The notes under the pieces were generated by a model. It was not told the origin of the DNA. It did no database searches and was given only the letters and a program-made list of their open reading frames with translations. From Archangium sp. (GTDB taxonomy: Bacteria > Myxococcota > Myxococcia > Myxococcales > Myxococcaceae): a stretch of 27,410 nucleotides of DNA. The position numbers and the translations under genes were made by a program. Each line of letters starts with the position of its first letter. Position 1 is the first letter of the stretch. Shown piece after piece: positions 10,086 to 19,800 of the stretch. The stretch covers positions 1 through 27,410 of the forward strand of contig JANLPS010000390.1 of NCBI GenBank assembly GCA_031367385.1. Direction: 5' to 3'.

Positions 10086-11288
10086 TTAGTTCTTCACAGT
10101 CGCGGCGAGCGTCTTGCCGACGACGCGATAGGTCTTCGAGCGGGTCGCTCCGAACACTTCAATCACCCGGTTGACCATGTCGTTGTCTTCGAGCGTCCAC
10201 CCGATTTCGCCGCCGACCCAGCCGAGCTTCTTGGCGACGTTGTAGGTCTCGAGCACCAGCAGTGAGTCGAGGCCGCGCTTGCGAAACTCAGGGCGAATGC
10301 CGAGCGCGATCAATCGGCCGCGGTTGATCTTCTTGAGGCTGAGCAACATCTTCACCAGGCCAATCGGCATGCCGTAGGTGAAGAGCTTGCCGTTGGCTTT
10401 TTTGATCGACTGGTTCGCGTCGGGCACCGTGATCGAGAAGGCAACTGGCTTGCCCTCGACCTCGGCGAAGAGCACCAGCTCGGGCTTGAGCACCAGCTTG
10501 AGCTCCTTGCCCATGGTGTCGAACTCCTTGTCGGTCATCGGCACGAAGCCCCAGTTCTTCTCCCAGGCGGCGTTGTAGATCTCCTTGATGCGCCGAACCT
10601 CGTTGTCCCAGTCTTTGAGCACCGCCGGGCGCATCACGATGCCCTCGCGCTTTTGAATTTTGGCGGCGATGCGAGCGACCTTCTCGGGGGCCGGGTGATC
10701 GGTCTTCAGGTCCCACGCCCAGAGGTCTTTGATCTTGCCGTACCCGCAGGCCTCGGCGAGGTCCAAGTAGTACTTCGGGTTGTAGGGCATCATGATCGCC
10801 GGGTCTTGATCGAAGCCCTCTGCCAAGAAGGCCCACTCACCGTTGCTCGAGAAGCTCGCCGGGCCCCAGCAGTCATTGAGGCCGCGCGCCTTCACCCAGG
10901 CTTCGGCGGTTGAGAAGAGCGCCCGCGCCACCGCCACGTCATTGACGCACTCGAAGAAGCCGAACCAGCCGACCTTGGTGCCGTGAAACTCGTTGTAGCG
11001 GGGGTCTTCGACGGCGGCGATGCGACCGACGATCTTGCCTGCGCGCCGAGCCAGGTAGAGCTGCGCGCTGCCGAACTCGAACCAGGGGTTCTTCTTCGGG
11101 TCGAGCACCTGCTCCCTGTCCATCACGAGGGGGGGCACGAAGTTCGGGTGGTCGCCGTAGATCTCGTACTGAAACAGAATGAACGCCTTGCGATCGGCTG
11201 CGGTCACGACCGGCGTCACGAGCACGTCTCCGGACATCACGGGGGCTACCGATGCTGCGCCTGGGCTCGTCTGAGGGGTCGTCGACAT
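10086..11288 (-). CDS. YghO-like GNAT acyltransferase (bacterial ceramide synthase-like), paralog 1
   Basis: HPNFVPPL, KNPWF, VGRIAA, GWFGFFE, GFD..P.IMMPYNPKYY, YNAAWEKNWGFVPMT, RKRGLD, WTLEDN, KTYR. Confidence 0.88.
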   Translation of the reverse strand: MSTTPQTSPGAASVAPVMSGDVLVTPVVTAADRKAFILFQYEIYGDHPNFVPPLVMDREQVLDPKKNPWFEFGSAQLYLARRAGKIVGRIAAVEDPRYNEFHGTKVGWFGFFECVNDVAVARALFSTAEAWVKARGLNDCWGPASFSSNGEWAFLAEGFDQDPAIMMPYNPKYYLDLAEACGYGKIKDLWAWDLKTDHPAPEKVARIAAKIQKREGIVMRPAVLKDWDNEVRRIKEIYNAAWEKNWGFVPMTDKEFDTMGKELKLVLKPELVLFAEVEGKPVAFSITVPDANQSIKKANGKLFTYGMPIGLVKMLLSLKKINRGRLIALGIRPEFRKRGLDSLLVLETYNVAKKLGWVGGEIGWTLEDNDMVNRVIEVFGATRSKTYRVVGKTLAATVKN

Positions 11289-11329
11289 TGTGCGCGCTTG
11301 TAGGAGAATGGCGGTTCGGCAGTCAAATC

Positions 11330-11345
11330 GAGCAATATATTGCTC
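11330..11345. promoter_or_regulatory. Perfect 16-bp palindrome GAGCAATATATTGCTC, putative operator
   Basis: Read directly; AT-rich core in GC-rich DNA, about 42 bp upstream of the GNAT start. Confidence 0.7.
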
Positions 11346-11450
11346 ACACTAAACTTCCGTTAAATCGGGCGGTTTGGCCCATTCAACTCAGTGACAGACG
11401 TCGAAGTGAGGCCGCAACCGCCTGAAACCGAGTGCGAATTGGCGAATACT

Positions 11451-11466
11451 GAGCCATATATTGCTC
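11451..11466. promoter_or_regulatory. Second copy of the palindrome, GAGCCATATATTGCTC (1 mismatch)
   Basis: 15/16 identical to the 11330 copy, offset by 121 bp, in the same divergent intergenic region. Confidence 0.7.
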
Positions 11467-11680
11467 GTTCGGCTGCGTAAACGACCTCTCAGTGGCGACC
11501 CCATTCGGCGTCAATGCGGTTTTATCCAAATGATATTACTGCGTCATTTGACCTTGATCGGGTCCCTGCGCACCTGCGTTCCAACTGCGCAAAGACCACT
11601 GCGCAGAGGGTCTCCTGCTTGACCCCTCACAGTGACCTGTCTATTCCACGCCCACTTTCGAAGCTCACCGGAGTGACCCG

Positions 11681-13573
11681 ATGACTCACCTCTACGACTA
11701 CCCCAATTTGATCGCCGCCATCGATGGCTCGAAAGGCATGGTCGACAAGGGCTTCACGTTTCTCGACCGAGATCAAAAAGAGCTCTTCTTCTCGTGGGAC
11801 GGGCTGCGCGAAGAGGCGAAGCGCCGGGCTGCGCACTTTCGCAGCTACGGGCTGAAGAAGGGCGACCGCCTCGCGATGGTGCTGCCAGACGGCGAAGACT
11901 TCGTGCCGACGTTCTTGGCCGCGGTGTGGGCCGGGTTGGTACCGGTGCCACTCTACCCGCCGCTGTCGATGGGCAAGCTCGACTCGTACATCGACACGCT
12001 GATCACCATTCTGAACAAGGCCGGCCCGACCTACATCACCACCAACGCCAAGGTGCAGGCAGTGCTCTGGAGCGGCCTGTCGAAGGTCTCGAGCCTCAAG
12101 GGCGTGATCACCGCCGAAGAGCTGCGCGGCGCTGCCCCTGCTGGCGTGTCGCAAGAACCGGCCGAGGTCAGCGACACCGACCTGGCGTTCTTGCAGTTCA
12201 CCTCGGGCTCGACGTCGACTCCGAAGGGCGTGGCGGTCACCCACGGCAACCTGCGCGCGAATGCCTGGGCGATCATGCGTGACGGCCTGAAGACCGACCC
12301 AGCCGTCGACCACGGCGTGTCGTGGCTGCCGCTGTACCATGACATGGGGCTGATCGGCTTCGTCATCGCCCCGATGTTCCACAAGGTTCAGATCACCTTC
12401 ATCCCCACGATGGCGTTCGTGCGAAAGCCGACGCTGTGGCCCGAGACGATCTCGCGGGTGCGGGGCACCATCTCGTTTGCTCCGAACTTTGCCTACGCGT
12501 TGACCGCGAAGCGCTCGAAGCCCGAGCAACTCGAGAAGTGGGACCTGTCGTCGATGCGGGCCTTCGGTTGCGGCGCCGAGCCGATCAACCCCACCACGAT
12601 GCGCACCTTCGTCTCGCAGTTCACCAAGGCCAAGCTCAACCCGAGCTCGCTGCTGCCCTGCTACGGCATGGCCGAGGCGACCCTGGCGATCAGCTTCATC
12701 GCGCTCGACGAAGAGCTCTCGACCGACGTGGTCGACCAAGACGCGTACCAGACCGAAAAGCGCGCCGAGCCGGTACACCAGAGCAAGCTGAGCGCTGGCC
12801 GAGCCCAAGAATTCGTGTGCTGCGGCAAGGCCTTTCCCCAGCATGAGGTCGCGGCGTTCGATGACGCTGGCCTGCGGTTGACCGACCGTCGCATCGGCGA
12901 GCTCTGGGTGCGCGGCCCGTCGATCGCCACCGGGTACTACGAAGACGTCGAGCAGTCGCAGAAGACCTTCGGGCACGGCTGGCTCAAGACCGGAGACTTG
13001 GGCTACCTGGTCAACGGCAACATCTACATCACCGGCCGCAAGAAAGACCTGATCATCATCAACGGTCGCAACTACGACCCGCAGCGCATCGAGTGGATCT
13101 GCGACGACCTGCCCGAGGTTCGCAAGGGCAGCAGCGTGGCGTTCTCGCGGCCCGGCGCGGCGAGCGAAGAGCTGATCATCGTGCTCGAGTCGCGAACCGA
13201 GAACAAAGCCGCCCTGCAAGAGCTGGTGACCCAAAAGGTCAATGAACAGCTTCAATTGCAGGCGACCGAAGTGGTGATCGCGCCGCTGGGCAGCTTGCCC
13301 AAGACCTCGAGCGGCAAGCTGCAGCGCTCGAAGACCCGCCAGCAGTTCATCGACGGCACGGTCGGCAAAGAGGGCAACCGCTCGCTCGGCAGCAACGCTG
13401 AGAAGTTGGTGCTCGCACGGCACGTGGCGCTCTCGTTGCTGGGCCGTACCCAGCACCGCGCCAAGGCCGTGGTCGCGCACGCCAAAGAGATTCACTCGGT
13501 CACCGACGCGATGGGCAAGCTCAAGTTGGCGGGCAATTACTTCTCGAAGCGCGTCTCGACCCTCCTCGGCTGA
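11681..13573 (+). CDS. Fatty acyl-AMP ligase (FAAL)
   Basis: FLQFTSGSTSTPKG, SWLPLYHDMGLIG, PNFAY, YGMAEATL followed by a FAAL-type insertion, TGDLG, GRKKDLIIINGRN, LPKTSSGKLQR. Confidence 0.93.
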   Translation: MTHLYDYPNLIAAIDGSKGMVDKGFTFLDRDQKELFFSWDGLREEAKRRAAHFRSYGLKKGDRLAMVLPDGEDFVPTFLAAVWAGLVPVPLYPPLSMGKLDSYIDTLITILNKAGPTYITTNAKVQAVLWSGLSKVSSLKGVITAEELRGAAPAGVSQEPAEVSDTDLAFLQFTSGSTSTPKGVAVTHGNLRANAWAIMRDGLKTDPAVDHGVSWLPLYHDMGLIGFVIAPMFHKVQITFIPTMAFVRKPTLWPETISRVRGTISFAPNFAYALTAKRSKPEQLEKWDLSSMRAFGCGAEPINPTTMRTFVSQFTKAKLNPSSLLPCYGMAEATLAISFIALDEELSTDVVDQDAYQTEKRAEPVHQSKLSAGRAQEFVCCGKAFPQHEVAAFDDAGLRLTDRRIGELWVRGPSIATGYYEDVEQSQKTFGHGWLKTGDLGYLVNGNIYITGRKKDLIIINGRNYDPQRIEWICDDLPEVRKGSSVAFSRPGAASEELIIVLESRTENKAALQELVTQKVNEQLQLQATEVVIAPLGSLPKTSSGKLQRSKTRQQFIDGTVGKEGNRSLGSNAEKLVLARHVALSLLGRTQHRAKAVVAHAKEIHSVTDAMGKLKLAGNYFSKRVSTLLG

Positions 13574-13614
13574 AAAGCCTCTTCAAGCCTCACGCAACAA
13601 AAGGAAAACAGCAC

Positions 13615-13875
13615 ATGGCTCAGGTCAGCATCACGCAGTTGTTCGCGCAGGCCGCTCAAGAAGTGAACGGCAAGAAGCTCGCGAATCTCACCAAAGACAC
13701 GGTCATCTCGAAGCTCGGGCTCGACTCGGTCGCGGTGATGGAGCTGGTCAGCTTCTTCGAAGAGAAGCTCAACATTCGCATGCCTGATGATGACCTCGCG
13801 AAGGTGCAGACCCTGGGCGATTTGGGTGCGCTGGTGCAGCGGCTGTCGCCTCCGGGCACTGAAGTCAGTTTCTAA
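13615..13875 (+). CDS. Free-standing acyl carrier protein
   Basis: LGLDSVAVMEL phosphopantetheine site; 86 aa; AAGGA RBS upstream. Confidence 0.93.
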   Translation: MAQVSITQLFAQAAQEVNGKKLANLTKDTVISKLGLDSVAVMELVSFFEEKLNIRMPDDDLAKVQTLGDLGALVQRLSPPGTEVSF

Positions 13876-13894
13876 AGTTTGACGAGGTGACCTG

Positions 13895-16800
13895 ATGGCT
13901 GACGGCTCGAACGACGACAGCTCCCGCAGCACCGACATCGCGGTGATCGGCATGTCGTGCAAATTTCCGCACGCGGCTGATCTGCCCGCGATGTGGAAGC
14001 TGATCAGCACGGGAGAAGTCGCGTTCGAAGACATCGGCGATTCACGGTGGACGCACTCGTCATTCTTCGAGCCCACCGACGTTCGCGCGCCCGACAAGAC
14101 GTACGTTCGCAAGGGCGCCTTCATCGACGGCGTCGAGGAGTTCGCGGCGTTGCACTACGGGCTCGCTCCGCGCCGCGTGCAGGTGATGGACCCGCAGCAG
14201 CGCCTGGCGATTGAGATGACCCGGCAGGCGTTGGCCGACGCTGGGTACGACGTGAAGGGCTTCGACCGGGCCCGCACCGGCGTGTTCATCGGCGCGTCGG
14301 TCAGTGAGTACAAAGACGTGATGGGCGCTCGGCACCGCGCTCAGCAGATGGTCGACGGTGACTTCGGAGATCGGTTGTCGCCTGAAGAGGCGGCCTCGCT
14401 CAAGTCAGCGGTCGCCGACGTGGTGCCGATTCGCGCGTTCAGCATCGCTGGCTCGTTGCTGAACATGATCGCCTGCTCGGTCTCGCAGACCTTCGACTTG
14501 AACGGCCCCGCGATGCAGATCGACGCGGCGTGCAGCTCGGCATTGGTGGCGATTCACGAAGCGTCGATCAACCTGCGCGCGAGGCAGTGCAACGTGGCCA
14601 TCGCTGGCGGTGTGTACCTGAACCTGCACCCCGACAACCTGGTCGGGTTCTCACGCATCGGTGCCATCTCGATGAGCGGCGTGTGCCGGCCCTTCGACGA
14701 GCGCGCCGACGGGTTCGTGATGGGTGAGGGCATCGGCCTGGTGGTGCTCAAGCGCTATGAAGACGCGGTTCGCGACGGCGATCGAATTTACGCGGTGATG
14801 CGCGGGTCGGGCTGCAACAACGACGGTCGCGGCGAAGGGCCGATGACTCCGCGGCCCGAGGGGCAAATCGAGGCGATGCGCCGGGCGCACAGCGAGCTTC
14901 AGGTGCCCATCGAGACGATTGGGTACGTCGAGACGCATGGCACGGCCACCACCGTCGGCGACGCAACCGAGGTCGGAGCGCTCAAGAAATTCTTCGATGA
15001 GAAGGCCGGTCACGCGCTGACCCACCCCTTCGCGTACCTGGGCAGCATCAAGGCGAACATCGGCCACACCATGTCGGCCGCGGGCGTCGCCGGGTTCATC
15101 AAGACCTGCTTGATGTTGCATCACCGCGTGATTCCTCCGCAGCCAGGGTGTGAGAGCCTGAACCCCAAGCTCGATTTGACGCACTCGCCCTTCAAGATCA
15201 GCGATCAAGCGCGTGCGTGGGAGAAACCGAATGGTTTTCCCCGGCGGGCGGCGGTGTCGAGCTTCGGGTTTGGCGGCACCAATGCGCATGTAATCGTCGA
15301 AGAGACTCCGGTGCGTGATGAGGTGCCGGCTGATCGAGACGAGCTGTTTCTGGTCTCAGCGCCGACTCCGGAGCTGTTGATCACCTATGCGAACGCGCTG
15401 GCTGATCAGGTCGCCGCGCAGGCCTTGCGCCCGGCCGACGTGGCCTACACCTTGTCGACGCGAACCGTCTTCCCCGCGCGGGCGGCGTTCGTGGCCAAGG
15501 GCCGTGACGCGCTGATCAGCGCGCTTCGCTCGGTGAACGGGCAGCTGGTGGGCGAGGCCGCTCCGAAGGTGGCCTTCTTGTTTCCCGGTCAGGGGGCCCA
15601 GCGGGTCAATCTGCTCAAAGACCTGGTCGAGCGGTACCCGTCGATCAAAGCGCGCCTGGCGCAGTACGAGCTGGCGGCGGGCGTCTCGATGCTCCCCTCG
15701 TTGTACCCCGCTGCGGGTGCAGACCTGGCCGCGGCGCAGGCGCATCTGACACGCACCGAAGTGTGTCAGCCGGTGATGGCCGCGCTGGGTCTCGCGCTCA
15801 GTGAGTTCTTGAAAGAGCTGAACGTGGTGCCCGCGATGGTGCTGGGGCATTCGCTCGGTGAGTTCGCCGCGTCGGCCGCGGCCGAGATGATCACCCCCGA
15901 GGTCGCGGTGCGGCTGGTCGCGCAACGGGGCCAGTTGATGGCTGATCTGCCCCTCGAAGATGCGGGAGCGATGATCGCGGTGATGGCCGAGCGTTCGGCG
16001 GTCGAGCAGCTGCTGCAGTCAGGCCCCGAAGGCGTGTGGCTGGCGAATCACAACCACCCGAACCAGGTGGTGCTCAGCGGTACGACCCCGGGCATCGCGC
16101 GCGCCGAGATCAAGCTCAACGCCGCGGGCCTCAAGTCGACTCGCCTCGATGTGTCGCACGCCTTTCACTCACCGCTGCTCGACGGAGTCGACCCCGGCGT
16201 GACCGCGCTGGTCGAAGCGCTCGAGGTGGGCGAGCCTAAATGCCCAGTGATTTCATGCATCGAGGGCCGCGCGTACACTTCTGCCGCCGACGCGAAGGCC
16301 GTGTGGGCGAGTCATGCGACCGCTCCGGTGCAGTTCGTCGACGCGGTCACCGCGTGCGTCGCAGCGGGTGCGACTGACTTCGTTCAAGTGGGTGCCGGCT
16401 CGGCGTTGCTCTCGTTCGCTCGGCCGATGGCAAAAGACGCGAAGACCTGGGCGATCGCTCCCAACGAGGGCGGCGATGACGGGGCGCAGTTGTTGTCGAC
16501 GCTGGGCCAGCTGTGGGTCAAAGGCGTGCCGCTCAAGGCGCGCGCGTTGTTCGAGGGCGCCGAGGCGAGCTTGGCGATGGTGTCGCCGACTCCGCTCGAG
16601 ACGCAGAAGTATTGGGCGATCGAGCGCACCGCCCGCACGCCACATGTACCGTTGTCGCGCACGGTCGTTTCTTCTCCGGTTTTGCAGGCCAAGGGTGTCT
16701 CGATGGACAATCTGATCGCTTTGTTCGCGCAGCAGAACGCGCTGTTGCAGACCCAGGCTGATGTACTCAAGGCGCAGTCGGCGACGCTCGTGGCACTGGC

Positions 16801-19800
16801 CGGTGGGCAGCCGGCGCTCGCGCCCTCGCTGCCGGGCCCCGCGGTGACGCCGCCAATGCAGGTCACCGAGCCGGTCGCTGCTGCTCCGAAGCCTCCCAAC
16901 TTTTCGAACCTGGTCGCGGCGAAGGCGGTCGTGGCCCCCGTCGCTGCGAAGCCCCCGGTCGTCGAAGATCTGCGCCCGATGGTGCAAGAGAAGGTGCTGG
17001 GCTCCGTCTCGCGGATCAGCGCTTTCCCCGTGCAGACGTTGAAGCTCGACGCGACGCTGGTCGGTGACCTGGGCTTCGACTCGCTGATGCTGGTCGAGCT
17101 TGATCAAGACATCGGCAAGGGGTTTCCCTCGCTGGGTGGGCTGCCTCGCGAGCTCTTCAGCAAGACCACCACCGCCGCGACCGTCATCGAGCATGTCGTC
17201 AATGCCCTCACCAACACAGTGCCCGCGCCGATTGAAGCGGTGCCCACGGCGTCAGTGCCGCTCGAGCGGTATGTGCCGACGGTGTTGGCGGCTCCGTTGA
17301 CCAGCCTGACCGAGACGGTGACCCGTCTCGAAGCGCCGGTGTTGGTGACGCGTGACTCGCACGGCATCGCCGAAGCGCTGGTCGCCAAGCTGGCCGAGCA
17401 GGGTGTGTCGGCGAAGATTGGTGACCTGGGCACCGCGGGCCCGTTCGCGGGCGTGATGCACCTGGCTGATGTCTCGGCGAGCGGCGATTACCGGGCTCCG
17501 ACGCACAACGCGTTGGCGCTGGCGAAGAAGCTCACGGCTGAAAATGCCGAGGTCTTCATGACCGTCTCGGGCCTCGGTGGCCGGTTCGGCCTGACGGGCA
17601 CCAAGCGTGAACAGCTGGGCCAGGTCGGTGCGCTCGGCTTCACCCGGGCACTGGCGCAAGAGTGGCCTGACGCGGTCGTCAAGGCGGTCGATGTCGACCT
17701 CTCGCTGAACGCGGCTGATCTCGCCCAGGCGCTGGTCGATGAGCTGATCAGCGGAGACCGCACCAACGAGGTCGGGTTCTCGTCGGCGGGTCGCATGACG
17801 GTCGGGTTGGCTCCAGCGATGAAGACCACCGGTGAGGTGATCGGCGCTGATCAGGTCGTGTTGATCAGCGGCGGCGCCAAGGGCCTCGGGCTCAAGTTCG
17901 CCAAGGCCCTCGCGAAGAAATCGAAGTGCACCATCGCTTTGACCGGTCGTTCATCGGCCGAGGTCACCGGCGAGGTCGTCGCGGCTGGTGCGCGCGCGTG
18001 CAGCTTTCACGTGATGAACGTGCGCGACCCGAGCAGCGTGCAGCACGCGGTGAGCGAAATTCGCAAGCAGTACGGGCGCATCGACGTGGTGGTGCACGCG
18101 GCAGGGGTGCTGGCCGATGCGCTGGTCGCGAAGAAGGAGGTCTCGGCGCTCGATTCAGTGCTCGAGACCAAGGTCGGCGGCGCGCTGGCGCTGCTCGACG
18201 CGGTGCCCGAGGCGAAGCGCTTCATCGGCATCGGCTCATGGGCCGGCCGCTTCGGCAACGCCGCGCAGACCGATTACTCGGCCGCGAATGCGATGTTGGC
18301 TCGGGTGGGCCGGGCGACGATTGATTTTCCTCCGTTCGAAGACTCGGAGATGGTCAAGAAGATACCCGCGTTTCGCAAGGCCGAGCTGAGGGCCTCGGGC
18401 GTGACCTTCTTGACCGATGACGAGGGCATGGCGGCGTTCTTGACCGAGGTCGAGGGTGGCGTGGGTGAGGTGCTCGTCGGCCGTGGGTTGCCCGAGCGCG
18501 TCGTCAAACACACCGGCACGTTCCCCGTGTCGCGGCTCAACCACGTGTACCTGAATGATCACACCATGGCCGGTCAGCGCGTGCTGCCCTTCGCCTCGGC
18601 GCTCGATCACGTCACCGCCGCCGCCCTCGAAGCGAGTGGTGCGCAGGGCTTCACTGCCTTCACCGTGAGCGACTTCGCCTTGCAGCGCGCGGTGCTGGTG
18701 CCTGACACCACCTGGCTCGAGGTCTCGACGACCTCAGCGAAGCGAGCTGGCCGCGCTGGCGCCATCGAGGTCACCCTGAGCCAGGGGCAGGCCCTCTCGT
18801 ACAAGGGCGTCGTGACGTTGGGCGTTTCGAGCTCGGTGCCCGCAGTCAAAGCCATCGTCGCGGGCGGCGATTTGCCGATGTCGCTGAGCGATTTCTACAG
18901 CGGCTTCACCTTTCACGGGCCGCGCTTGCAGGGCATCACCCGCATCGACGCGGTCTCTGATGTCGGCGTGGTCGGGTGGGTCAAAGGCAGCCGCCCCTCG
19001 GAGTGGATCAAAGAGCCCCTGCGCTCGGAATGGACCGTCGACCCGTTGATCATCGATGCCTCGTTTCAGCTCGCTGGGTACTGGGCCTGGGTCAAGCAGC
19101 AGCGCGCCGGTTTCCCCCTCGCGCTGGGCACCTTCGTGCAGCTCAAGCCGTTCGGCATGGGCCCCGTGAAGTGCACGGTGAACTTCGAGACCTCGAGCGA
19201 CGATTTCTTCTCGGGCACCCTGGTTTGGCACGACCAGAAGGGCGACGTGTTGGCGTACATGACCGGCACCAAGGCCGAGTTCAAGAAGCGCGACCCGCAG
19301 TTCGCTCCGGCGAAGGTGCCCAACGAAGCGATTGCTCCAGCGACCGGCCCGGTGCCCGACGAAGCCACGTGGAACCCGGCGAAGTTCCCCGAGTATGAAG
19401 ACTTACAGGAGCGGCTGCAGATGGCCGAGGCCTTCGGTCTTCGCAACCCGTACTTCTCGGTGCACGAGGCGATTTGCGGTGACACCACCGTCGTCAACGG
19501 CAAGGAGATGATCAACTTCTCGTCGTACAATTACGTCGGCAACTCGGGCAACCCGGTGGTCTCGAAGGCGGCCCAAGACGCGATCACCAAGTACGGCACC
19601 TCGGTGTCGGCGAGCCGCGTGGCCTCGGGTGAGAAGCCGCTGACCCGTGAGCTCGAGGTCGCGTTGGCCGACTTCTTCGGCACCGAAGATTCAATCGTGA
19701 TGGTCTCGGGTCACGCCACCAACGTCAGCGTCATCGGCCACATCGTCGGCGCGGGTGACCTCATCGTTCACGACGCCCTGGCGCACGACTCGATCATCGG

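Noticed and set aside
11439..11454. Possible sigma54 promoter TTGGCGAATACTGAGC (GG-N10-GC)
   Set aside because: The spacing fits, but the -12 element is GAGC rather than TTGC and the -24 element lacks CAC; too weak to call.
16691..16800. Possible internal start (AAGGG…ATG GAC AAT, MDNLIALFAQQ) suggesting a split PKS
   Set aside because: The frame is continuous with no stop; a Gln-rich helical linker after the AT is an adequate explanation.
13895..19290. PUFA synthase or enediyne cluster
   Set aside because: Single ACP, no PfaB/C/D-like partners, no C-terminal PPTase or enediyne cassette thioesterase; only the domain order is shared.
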